Positions 27,393 through 37,641 of a DNA stretch of 64,000 nucleotides are shown piece by piece; position 1 is the first letter of the stretch, and every line of letters begins with the position of its first letter. The notes under the pieces are model-generated. The model did no database searches. It was not told the DNA's origin and worked only from the letters and a program-made list of their open reading frames with translations. This DNA is from an uncultured bacterium (GTDB lineage: Bacteria; Hydrothermota; UBA3073; NMUJ01; CBEVQO01), in contig CBEVQO010000001.1 in assembly GCA_965552055.1 (NCBI GenBank), forward strand, positions 352,001-416,000, read 5' to 3'. The position numbers were made by a program, and so were the translations under genes.

Positions 27393-30300
27393 GTTTCGAG
27401 CCTACCTATAAGGGATTGAAACACTCCTGATGGCATAGAAAATATGCAAGCGATTGATCTATTGTTTCGAGCCTACCTATAAGGGATTGAAACCGATTTT
27501 CCGAGCTATTGCTTCAAGCCCTTCAATCGCCTGTTTCGAGCCTACCTATAAGGGATTGAAACGATTTTTTATCCTCACTGACATTTGTCCCTCCTTTTAA
27601 TGTTTCGAGCCTACCTATAAGGGATTGAAACTTAGATACTTGAGTAATTCATCCGCGGATTTTATCTCGTTTCGAGCCTACCTATAAGGGATTGAAACCG
27701 TTTTTCTTGAATTCACTCTGTAGGAAATATTTAGGGTTTCGAGCCTACCTATAAGGGATTGAAACTTATCATCAATCTTCACGAAATCAGATTTCATAAA
27801 ACAAGTTTCGAGCCTACCTATAAGGGATTGAAACATTTTTTATCTCCAACAACAACATATCTCATGATTCACGTTTCGAGCCTACCTATAAGGGATTGAA
27901 ACTTTTATTCATTCAATTGGTTGCTTGTATTTTTTGGCCGGTTTCGAGCCTACCTATAAGGGATTGAAACGGCTAAATCCCATCATGACCATTCGCCTGA
28001 TTGCGAGTTTCGAGCCTACCTATAAGGGATTGAAACAGGTCCCTGTTCTTCAATCTTTTCCAGTATGCTACCAAGTTTCGAGCCTACCTATAAGGGATTG
28101 AAACCGCAAGTGCGCTGAATTCTTCGCACCGCCGATTTCCTCATGTTTCGAGCCTACCTATAAGGGATTGAAACTCGCCAGCACACTTCTCGACGTGTCC
28201 TGCCTTTCAGTCACGAGTTTCGAGCCTACCTATAAGGGATTGAAACGTTCAAAGTCATACCAAATCCTTCCAAAAAATATAAAGTTTCGAGCCTACCTAT
28301 AAGGGATTGAAACTTTAAATAATCCCAAATAGAAAGCTCAAAAACATATTGGTTTCGAGCCTACCTATAAGGGATTGAAACTTTGCATACGGCGGGGTTG
28401 CTGGGCGCAACATTGTCGATGGTTTCGAGCCTACCTATAAGGGATTGAAACTTAAAATTTCACGCAGATGGTCTCTTACTTCTTCCGCGTTTCGAGCCTA
28501 CCTATAAGGGATTGAAACTATCGGTATTACTACATACCAGACGCTCAATTGATTTCCTGTTTCGAGCCTACCTATAAGGGATTGAAACGTATTCGCGTAG
28601 CGTCCACCATGTCTTCTTATAATGGTTTCGAGCCTACCTATAAGGGATTGAAACGATAAAGCTAAGGAAGTAGCTGAAAAAATCCAAGAAAGTTTCGAGC
28701 CTACCTATAAGGGATTGAAACTAGTTCAATTTTGTCAATTGTAGCTGGTTTAAGAGATTGTTTCGAGCCTACCTATAAGGGATTGAAACATCCATGAACT
28801 CGGTAAAGAAGTCAATAACGCGGTCTTGTTTCGAGCCTACCTATAAGGGATTGAAACAAAAGCTCGAAAAGAACAAAAGGCTGACAAGGGTGGAAGTTTC
28901 GAGCCTACCTATAAGGGATTGAAACTCTTTAATCTGCGGAACTTGAGCCATAATGTTAAAGTTTCGAGCCTACCTATAAGGGATTGAAACGAAGACTGCA
29001 CGGTTCGGATCTTTTGTTTTCACAATTTTGTTTCGAGCCTACCTATAAGGGATTGAAACGTGAAAGTCGAAATTGAAAAATTGCCACATAAAGTTGGTTT
29101 CGAGCCTACCTATAAGGGATTGAAACTGAAAATCATCGAAGAACTTAATGCCGAAAAAACTGGTTTCGAGCCTACCTATAAGGGATTGAAACCCTCGTCG
29201 TTTTCAACCCCGGCGTCATATAGGTTAAAAAGTTTCGAGCCTACCTATAAGGGATTGAAACACTGAACACATACTTTCAGCCCCAATGTTTCTTTGAAAG
29301 TTTCGAGCCTACCTATAAGGGATTGAAACTCCCGAAGGCTTAATCGTAACCTTTCTGTCTCCAATGTTTCGAGCCTACCTATAAGGGATTGAAACTTTCC
29401 TTCTATACGCTTTAACCATCCTTTCTGGTGGAGTTTCGAGCCTACCTATAAGGGATTGAAACTCGCTTGGGTGCTAACTTGAACTGACATTCCTTCATTG
29501 TTTCGAGCCTACCTATAAGGGATTGAAACTTGTCATTTAATTCAAAAACAACCGCTGTAGCAGGAAGGTTTCGAGCCTACCTATAAGGGATTGAAACTGA
29601 AGAAGTCCCTTACCACGCAAAAGGACGGAAAATTGAGTTTCGAGCCTACCTATAAGGGATTGAAACCGTCTACCCGTAATATGCATCCGCAGGGTTGGAT
29701 CGTTTCGAGCCTACCTATAAGGGATTGAAACACCATATTTCCCTGTCAAATGGCTGTAAACATCCAAGTTTCGAGCCTACCTATAAGGGATTGAAACTTT
29801 CAGAACAAAAGACAAAAAGTTTTGGTGGCAACCGTTTCGAGCCTACCTATAAGGGATTGAAACGAAATCTCTGAAACTGAAAAAATTTCCGAAACTGAAA
29901 AGTTTCGAGCCTACCTATAAGGGATTGAAACTTTCAGAACAAAAGACAAAAAGTTTTGGTGGCAACCGTTTCGAGCCTACCTATAAGGGATTGAAACTTG
30001 TAATAAGCTATGAGATTCGGTATCTCTTTTGCTAACTGGTTTCGAGCCTACCTATAAGGGATTGAAACTCCTTATAAACTCAACGCCGAATCATGGGACT
30101 ACGAATGTTTCGAGCCTACCTATAAGGGATTGAAACTTCCTCCTTCCCTTATCTTCCACAAATATTTAATTAGTTTCGAGCCTACCTATAAGGGATTGAA
30201 ACGATAGGCTTAACTTTGAACGGGGCAATACGCAAAAGGGTTTCGAGCCTACCTATAAGGGATTGAAACTTTCCTTTTCCCTGCCCAATCCGATATGTTG

Positions 30301-31277
30301 TCAACGTTTCGAGCCTACCTATAAGGGATTGAAACTTTTAGTTGATGGCAAAAAGCACTATGTCTGCGATGTTTCGAGCCTACCTATAAGGGATTGAAAC
30401 CCTTTTATTTTTTACCATCATTCCATACCTCCACCAGTTTCGAGCCTACCTATAAGGGATTGAAACCATTATGAGGTGTTAAATTGACTATTGACATTTT
30501 CCCGTTTCGAGCCTACCTATAAGGGATTGAAACGATTTTTCAAGTTCACCATCGGCTCCTTTGCCTTTAGCGTTTCGAGCCTACCTATAAGGGATTGAAA
30601 CGAAGCTGAAGCAATGCCAATTTCTTATATTGGTAAGGTTTCGAGCCTACCTATAAGGGATTGAAACATGGTTTCGCCAACCGTGAGCACTCGATTACTA
30701 TTCACGTTTCGAGCCTACCTATAAGGGATTGAAACGATACAATTTTAGAAACAGCAGCTGACATAACAGCAAGTTTCGAGCCTACCTATAAGGGATTGAA
30801 ACCCCAAAATCGTCAAAGAAAAAGAGGAAATCGTGCGTGAGTTTCGAGCCTACCTATAAGGGATTGAAACGTTGTCTTATGTTTTCGATGTAGGTCTTGC
30901 GCAATTCTTCGTTTCGAGCCTACCTATAAGGGATTGAAACTTAGAAAAATATCATTATTTTTCTGATATAAAAAGACAGTTTCGAGCCTACCTATAAGGG
31001 ATTGAAAGAGATTTGATAAAAGGGAATTTAGTGAAAAACTTAAAAGTTTCGAGCCTACCTATAAGGGATTGAAAGATTTTTTTCATCACAGGAGAATCAT
31101 ATATTTGTTCCAAAAGTTTCGAGCCTACCTATAAGGGATTGAAATTTCACCAATCTGTGGGCCTCACTGATAGTTAATCTCGTTTCGAGCCTACCTATAA
31201 GGGATTGAAATAATACTACATTGCTCATAAGCAACACGACAACCTTTGTTTCGAGCCTACCTATAAGGGATTGAAAT
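27393..31277 (+). CRISPR. CRISPR array, 58 repeats / 57 spacers, repeat GTTTCGAGCCTACCTATAAGGGATTGAAAC
   Basis: 30-nt repeats with ~35-42 nt spacers, counted by eye. ATTGAAAC 3' end. Variant last bases at the trailer end give orientation. Confidence 0.98.
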
Positions 31278-31316
31278 AGAACTGCTACAGGGGATTGAAT
31301 TTATGGAAAAATTATC

Positions 31317-31343
31317 TTGACAAAGGTGCGACAGGATTATAAT
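31317..31343 (+). promoter_or_regulatory. Promoter TTGACA-N15-TATAAT, ATG 5 nt downstream
   Basis: TTGACA 31317-31322, TATAAT 31338-31343, ATG 31349. Confidence 0.75.
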
Positions 31344-31348
31344 AGCTG

Positions 31349-32536
31349 ATGGAAAATAAAAAATTAAAACTCGGAAAAAACATATTATCTCTCGGAATCA
31401 CAAGCTTCTTCACCGATATGTCCACCGAAATGATTTATCCACTACTGCCGATGTTCCTGTCAGAAACCCTTGGACTTACAAAATCCTTCATCGGAATAAT
31501 CGAAGGAGCAGGTGAAAGCATCGCAAATGTCTTGAAAATATTTAGCGGATGGCTATCGGATAAAATAAGAAAAAGAAAATTACTCGCACTACTAGGTTAC
31601 TCCATATCTACCGCAATGAAACCACTTTTTGCCCTGATACAAACAGGCTGGCAGGCACTTATCCTGCGTGCATTCGAAAGAACAGGAAAAGGAATAAGAA
31701 CAGCTCCACGCGACGCAATAATAGCAGCATCAGTAACAGAAGATGTAAAAGGCAGAGCTTTTGGCTTCCATAGAATGATGGATACACTGGGAGCAGTAAT
31801 TGGACCCCTATTCGCAACATTATTACTCATCCATTTCCATGGAAATTACAGAAAAGTATTTCTCCTATCTGCAATACCCGCACTCATCGCAGTATTTGTA
31901 ATCGCTATCTTTGTAGAAGAAAAAATAAAAGAGAAAAAAGAAGAAATCATAGAAGAAAAATTCAAACCTTATTTTAAACTATTTTTAACATCTGCCTGTA
32001 TTTTTATGCTAAGCGATGTATCAAAGGTATTGCTTATGATAAGATTAAGAGAAGTAGGAGTAGGTGCTGTCTATATCCCGGTAATATGGATGTGCTTCAA
32101 TCTTATTTATGCTGGCTTATCTTATCCCGCAGGAATACTCGCAGATAAATACGGAACATACAAAGTTTTAATATTCGGCTTTATACTTCATACTTTCGTC
32201 TATCTTGCTTTCATATTTGTTACCCATAAATTTTCTGCAATCCTCTTATTGTTGCTTCTCGGGGTATATAAAGGTATTTCCGATGGACAGTTAAGGCGTT
32301 TAACATCTACCTTTACAGAGAAGAAATTGGGAACAGCTTACGGACTTTATCATTCACTTACAGGTGCAAGTTTGCTTATCGGCAACTTAATCTTCGGAAG
32401 ATTATGGCAAAGCTTTTCTGTAAAAATGGCTTTCACTTATGCATTCATCCTTTCGCTTTCAGGCACTATACTCTTTATAATCCTTTCCTATTTAATAACA
32501 AAAAGCGAAAGAGGATTTACAGGTTTGCCAAGATAA
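31349..32536 (+). CDS. MFS transporter
   Basis: About 12 TM segments, GWLSDKIRKRK and GILADKYG motifs, RTGKGIRTAPRDA. Confidence 0.92.
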   Translation: MENKKLKLGKNILSLGITSFFTDMSTEMIYPLLPMFLSETLGLTKSFIGIIEGAGESIANVLKIFSGWLSDKIRKRKLLALLGYSISTAMKPLFALIQTGWQALILRAFERTGKGIRTAPRDAIIAASVTEDVKGRAFGFHRMMDTLGAVIGPLFATLLLIHFHGNYRKVFLLSAIPALIAVFVIAIFVEEKIKEKKEEIIEEKFKPYFKLFLTSACIFMLSDVSKVLLMIRLREVGVGAVYIPVIWMCFNLIYAGLSYPAGILADKYGTYKVLIFGFILHTFVYLAFIFVTHKFSAILLLLLLGVYKGISDGQLRRLTSTFTEKKLGTAYGLYHSLTGASLLIGNLIFGRLWQSFSVKMAFTYAFILSLSGTILFIILSYLITKSERGFTGLPR

Positions 32537-33258
32537 TAAACTCCAAAATGTAGATGCGGAGCAGTAGCTCTGCCAGCTGCACCAACTAGCCCTATAATCT
32601 GACCCCTGCGAACAATTTGACCTTCAATCACAAATATCCTATCTAAATGACAGTAAAATGTATATAAGCCCATGCCATGGGAAATTATAACCGTTTTGCC
32701 CATCAGATAAAAATCACCTGTCAAAACTGTAAGCCCCGAATTTGAAGCAAAAACAGGCTCACCATATCTACCTGCAATATCTATCCCTTTATGTATCGAA
32801 ATTTTCGAACCTATTCTCCTCCTCTCGCCAAAATAAGATGTTATTTTGCCATGCAACGGCTTAATAAAACCACTTTTAAAGTAAACTTTGGCAGTATATT
32901 CCTTCATCTTTCTTATGCAAAGCAGATTCTCCTTTCTTATTCTTTTGCGAATACGCTTTGGAAATTTATATCTCAATTTTAGTTTAACTTCTCGCACCCT
33001 CAATGGCTTTATAGAAATACTCTTGCTATATATTTTGCCTTTTATCCTCAACTTTATATCCACCTTGCATGTTTCTGCAAACATATCAACGCGACCAATT
33101 GATAACCATACACCTTTGTAGCGAAAAGGAGAAGAAAAATTGAAATCCTTTGTAAGAACCTCAAAACTATCCCTCGAAGCTATAAAAATTAAATCACCCT
33201 GATGAATTTCCGAAGGAAGTATTAAAAACTTTGTGAATAAAAGCAAAAGTTTCAGCAT
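32488..33258 (-). CDS. M23 family metallopeptidase
   Basis: HKGIDIA, YCHL, GRATAPHLHFGV. Confidence 0.9.
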   Translation of the reverse strand: MLKLLLLFTKFLILPSEIHQGDLIFIASRDSFEVLTKDFNFSSPFRYKGVWLSIGRVDMFAETCKVDIKLRIKGKIYSKSISIKPLRVREVKLKLRYKFPKRIRKRIRKENLLCIRKMKEYTAKVYFKSGFIKPLHGKITSYFGERRRIGSKISIHKGIDIAGRYGEPVFASNSGLTVLTGDFYLMGKTVIISHGMGLYTFYCHLDRIFVIEGQIVRRGQIIGLVGAAGRATAPHLHFGVYYLGKPVNPLSLFVIK

Positions 33259-33292
33259 CAGAAATTTTATTTTAATCTCATAATTGTAAAGT

Positions 33293-33472
33293 AATTTTTA
33301 GCCCCTCCTCCGCTGTCCCCACCTTCCCGATTAAGTCAGCCCACTACTACCCCCGCTATAACGCAATCAGAAGATAAAGCATAAAACACCAGAGTAACCC
33401 ACAACCCCGTAATGGGCTGACATATCAACCCATATGTAATGTGCTCGGCTACGCCTCGCATTAAAATTTTAC
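33293..33472. repeat. GC-rich dispersed element (long copy) with internal inverted repeat
   Basis: Both ends align with the reverse complement of 44005-44089. Internal IR at 33335-33347 / 33409-33421. Confidence 0.6.
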
Positions 33473-33522
33473 AGGTCATACCCGATACTGATATGGCTTC
33501 TTACCTCCTATGAAATAATTTG

Positions 33523-33549
33523 TTGACAGAGGGAAATGTTGATTATAAT
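33523..33549 (+). promoter_or_regulatory. Promoter TTGACA-N15-TATAAT, leadered (GGAGG SD follows)
   Basis: TTGACA 33523-33528, TATAAT 33544-33549, GTG 33568. Confidence 0.75.
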
Positions 33550-33567
33550 TATGCAAAAGGAGGGAGT

Positions 33568-36462
33568 GTGAGACATGTTGCTTTATTATTTCTCATTTTA
33601 ACAGGGACGGCTTTCGCAAAGGTGTGGGTTGTAGATACCACAGGTGCAGAGGGTGACTCATTACAAAAAGCGATTGATTCTGCATGGCAAGACCCGGGGA
33701 TTGATACAGTGCTGGTAAAGAACGGAACCTATCATCTATTTATAAATGACACTATTGGTTTGATAATGCGTGATTCCGTGGTGCTCATGAGTGAAAACGG
33801 AGCTGAAAAATGCACGCTAACAGCAGTATCAGAAGATGGCACAGATACCGCATGGCATGTCATCTATTGCAGTGGATGGGATACTGCATCGCACGCAGCA
33901 ATTATAAAGGGCTTCACAATAAAAGATGGCAATGCAACGGGTCCTTCTACTCACAAGCATGGTGGCGGAATCTTTATCTCCCGTGCATCACCCACAATAG
34001 ACTCGTGCATAATAATAAACAATTATGCCTCTTATGATGGCGGAGGAATTTACATTTATTCCTATTCCTCACCCACACTGAAAAGCAACACAATAACAAA
34101 CAATCACGCTTATGATGATGGAGGAGGGATTTGCATTTCTGACTGTTCTTCACCCATAGTAAATTCGTGTATAATATCAAACAATTCTGCTTCTGATGAT
34201 GGCGGAGGAATTTACATTTATTACCATTCCTCACCAACAATAGATTCATGTGTAATAACAAACAATTCTGCTTCCGATAATGGTGGCGGGATTTACATTT
34301 ATTACTATTCTTCGCCTGTACTGAAAGGTAACACAATAATAAACAACTCCGCTTCTAATGGTGGAGGCGGAATTTACATCTGTGACAATTCTTCACCTGC
34401 ATTATCAGGCAACATGATAACAAACAATTCTGCTAATTATGGCGGAGGAATTTACATTTATTACTATTCTTCACCGACAATAGATTCGTGTATAATATCA
34501 AACAATTCTGCTACTTATGATGGCGGAGGAATTTACATTGATTACTATTCCTTGCCTGTACTGGAAGGCAACACAATAACAAACAACTCTGCTTCCGATG
34601 ATGGTGGAGGAATTTACATTGAAGACCATTCTTCACTCACAATAGATTCTTGCATAATAACACACAACTCTGCTTCCGATGGTGGAGGTGGAATTTATAT
34701 TTATTACTATTCTTCACCTACACTAAAAGGCAACGCAATAACAAACAATTCTGCTAATAAAGGTGGAGGAATTTACATTTATGACCATTCTTCACCCACA
34801 TTATCTGGCAATATAATCGAAAGCAATTCTGCTGATGCTGGAGGCGGGGTTTACATTTATAATTCCACGCCTACATTGAAAGGCAACACTATCTACGCTA
34901 ATTCAAGCGAACTATCAGGTGGAGGAATTTACATTTATTACTATTCTTCACCTGTATTACAGGGTAACATTATTTACAATAATTCAGCTGGATTGAAGGG
35001 AGGCGGAATCCGCATTAATCGGCATTCCTCGCTTACCTCAATAGGAAATATTATTTACAGTAATTCGGCTGATTCAGGTGGAGGTGGGCTTGCTATACGA
35101 AATTATTCACAGGCAAAATTAATGAAATGCGTTATAGGTATGAATAAAAGTGTAAAAGGTGGTGCAATATTTGATACGCTTTATTCAAAAGTTATAATTG
35201 ATAGTTCGTTCATCGTTGATAACGGCGATTATTCTAACGCAGGACTCGCTTATATTGCATCGAATGCAGATTCAGGGATTACATTTAAACTCACATACAG
35301 CCATATATACTACAACACTCTACAACCTGACACTGAAATTGTCAATTTATCCGGTGTAACAATAAATCTTGAAAATAACTTCTGGTGGGATACGACAGAC
35401 GCTGAAATATCTGCAAAAATATATGGTGCAAATGTCCATACTCCATGGTCTAATGACTTTATACCGGGTGTGCCGGGCGAACCTGTTAGCATTGACTCTT
35501 TAAAAAATTACGATAAAGATTTCTCACAGGTTGTTAATTCACTTGACAAAGAAGATACACTTTATATAAGGATTTACGGAGAGGACAGGAATGCACATCT
35601 ACATGAAATCGCAGTTGTAATAATAAAATCGAGTGTTTACCCACAGGGAATAGCAGTTGGGCTCGTTGAAACAGATACAAATTCAGGAATATACGAAGGT
35701 ATCGCTTATGTTCTGGAGAGCACAGGAAATGAGGATATAAGGGATGACGACATAAATCAAATAATACGGGTCGATCCAGCAGGTGATGATATAACACTTC
35801 AAAGCAATATTGATATTACAAAGAAATTCATCGTCAAGTATAAGGGCGGACTACCACAACCCGATATTGCCCTTTCGGATACCATGCATGACTTTGGAAC
35901 ATCTTCCCTTTATGACACAATTGACTGGAAAATGTGGGTAAAGAATGCAGGTAATGAAACTCTATCGGTTGACAGCGTTAAAGTAAATCTGCCTTTTAAA
36001 TTAATCTCACCTTCATTGCCTCAAATCATATTGCCTGGTGATAGCACAGAGTTTACAGTAAGATTCAATCCACAGGATACGGGCAATTTTGTTGATACTA
36101 TGAAAATTTACTCGAATGACCCGGATGAACCTGTTGCAAAAGTGGTATTAATTGCATCATGCGTGGGATTACAGGAAATATTGCCAAAGACATTCAAAGT
36201 AAGCAATATGCCAAATCCATTCAGCAACTTCACACAGATTAAATATCAATTACCAGAAGAAGAAAAAGTTAAGATTGAAATAATAGATATAACAGGAAGA
36301 TTGATAAAAGTATTGGTTGACGAAAAGAAATCACCGGGGTATTATTCTGTAACATGGAAAGGTAAAGATACGCAGGGCAGAAATGTCCCACCTGGAATCT
36401 ACTTCTATCTCATAAAAGCAGGAAAAAATAGAGCGATTAAGAAAATGATAAAATTGAAATAA
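33568..36462 (+). CDS. Secreted parallel beta-helix repeat protein with Ig-like (choice-of-anchor D-like) and FlgD/T9SS-like C-terminal domain
   Basis: Signal peptide ending AFA, about 16 ITNNSA..GGGIYI...SSP repeats, YSNDPDEP, PNPF...IDITGRLIK...WKGKD...GIYFY. Confidence 0.85.
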   Translation: MRHVALLFLILTGTAFAKVWVVDTTGAEGDSLQKAIDSAWQDPGIDTVLVKNGTYHLFINDTIGLIMRDSVVLMSENGAEKCTLTAVSEDGTDTAWHVIYCSGWDTASHAAIIKGFTIKDGNATGPSTHKHGGGIFISRASPTIDSCIIINNYASYDGGGIYIYSYSSPTLKSNTITNNHAYDDGGGICISDCSSPIVNSCIISNNSASDDGGGIYIYYHSSPTIDSCVITNNSASDNGGGIYIYYYSSPVLKGNTIINNSASNGGGGIYICDNSSPALSGNMITNNSANYGGGIYIYYYSSPTIDSCIISNNSATYDGGGIYIDYYSLPVLEGNTITNNSASDDGGGIYIEDHSSLTIDSCIITHNSASDGGGGIYIYYYSSPTLKGNAITNNSANKGGGIYIYDHSSPTLSGNIIESNSADAGGGVYIYNSTPTLKGNTIYANSSELSGGGIYIYYYSSPVLQGNIIYNNSAGLKGGGIRINRHSSLTSIGNIIYSNSADSGGGGLAIRNYSQAKLMKCVIGMNKSVKGGAIFDTLYSKVIIDSSFIVDNGDYSNAGLAYIASNADSGITFKLTYSHIYYNTLQPDTEIVNLSGVTINLENNFWWDTTDAEISAKIYGANVHTPWSNDFIPGVPGEPVSIDSLKNYDKDFSQVVNSLDKEDTLYIRIYGEDRNAHLHEIAVVIIKSSVYPQGIAVGLVETDTNSGIYEGIAYVLESTGNEDIRDDDINQIIRVDPAGDDITLQSNIDITKKFIVKYKGGLPQPDIALSDTMHDFGTSSLYDTIDWKMWVKNAGNETLSVDSVKVNLPFKLISPSLPQIILPGDSTEFTVRFNPQDTGNFVDTMKIYSNDPDEPVAKVVLIASCVGLQEILPKTFKVSNMPNPFSNFTQIKYQLPEEEKVKIEIIDITGRLIKVLVDEKKSPGYYSVTWKGKDTQGRNVPPGIYFYLIKAGKNRAIKKMIKLK

Positions 36463-36463
36463 A

Positions 36464-37639
36464 TTGGGTAAAGGAATTTTCATAAGTGCAACAAAAAGAA
36501 ACATCGGTAAAACATTTTTCATAATCGGATTGATAAAGTTGTTAAAAGAAAAGGGCTTCAAAGTTTCTTATATAAAACCAGTAGCCCAGCATTACATTGA
36601 AGTTAATGGCGATAAAATATCACGAGATGCTTATCTTATGAAAAAAATTTTTGACTTTGATGCAGATTTAAAACTAATGAGCCCATGTATCCTTGCTCCA
36701 GGTATTACTGCTGATTTCATCACTGGTAAATGGAAGCCACCTTTATCAAAAATTTTAAATTCTTACTTAGAATTGCTCGAAGATTCCGATTTCGTATTGA
36801 TAGAAGGAACAGGGCATGCAGGAGTTGGCTCAGTTGTAAAGATATCAAATGCAAGAGTAGCAAAGGAACTAAATGCAAAAGTGGTTTTAATCGCAAGAGG
36901 AGGAATAGGTAGCACAATTGATGAAATAACATTAAACTCTGCACTATTTGAGAAATTCGATAGAAAAGTAGAAGCAATCGTAATAAATAAAATACTGCGG
37001 GAAAAATATACAAAGATAAAAAATACACTTGAAAAAGCATTCAAAGATACAGGAATTTACCCTATCGCATTCATTCCCTATGAGCCAATTTTATCAAGTC
37101 CAACTTTATCGGCAATAAAAGAAGAAGTAGGAGCATCTATCCTTACAACCTATCAAGACCTCGATGTGCATGTTGATAATGTAATTGTAGCAACAATGGG
37201 TGCAGGAGAAGTGCTCGAAAATATAATGAATAATAATGCAAAATCTTTAATAATAACATCGGGTGATAGAACAGATGTAATACTGGCATGTTGCACATTG
37301 TATTATCAGGGTAGAAGAAACATCGCAGGAATATTGCTGTCATCTCCACCTTCAAGAAATGTATTGAAAATACTCGAAAAGATAAATATAACGGTTCTCT
37401 ATTCAAAAGAAGATGTGTATTCTCTTGCTGCAAAAGTAAACAACTTAACTGTAAAAATACATCCGCATGATAAAGAAAAGATAAATCTTGCATGGAAACT
37501 GGTGCAAAATTTTCTGGATTTCGAAAAATTTATGGAATTCACGGAAAAAGAAGAAAAAGTAACCGTTACCTTCAAATGGAAAGCAACATTTTACAAAGTT
37601 CTACATTTTTTAAAGAAAATTTTCTATTTCGGAAGATAA
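36464..37639 (+). CDS. BioD-like AAA_26 + DRTGG domain protein (Pta N-terminal-like)
   Basis: ATKRNIGKT, YIKPV, IEGTGHAGVGS, TSGDRTDV. Confidence 0.85.
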   Translation: MGKGIFISATKRNIGKTFFIIGLIKLLKEKGFKVSYIKPVAQHYIEVNGDKISRDAYLMKKIFDFDADLKLMSPCILAPGITADFITGKWKPPLSKILNSYLELLEDSDFVLIEGTGHAGVGSVVKISNARVAKELNAKVVLIARGGIGSTIDEITLNSALFEKFDRKVEAIVINKILREKYTKIKNTLEKAFKDTGIYPIAFIPYEPILSSPTLSAIKEEVGASILTTYQDLDVHVDNVIVATMGAGEVLENIMNNNAKSLIITSGDRTDVILACCTLYYQGRRNIAGILLSSPPSRNVLKILEKINITVLYSKEDVYSLAAKVNNLTVKIHPHDKEKINLAWKLVQNFLDFEKFMEFTEKEEKVTVTFKWKATFYKVLHFLKKIFYFGR

Positions 37640-37641
37640 AT

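Noticed and set aside
29060..29266. 68-aa ORF with repeated FEPTYKGLK
   Set aside because: Chance read-through of CRISPR repeats and spacers
27393..31277. Self-targeting spacers
   Set aside because: No match to this window noticed by eye; an alignment is needed to exclude it
33568..36462. Complete diversity-generating retroelement
   Set aside because: No reverse transcriptase, accessory gene or template repeat in the window; only the codon pattern is reported
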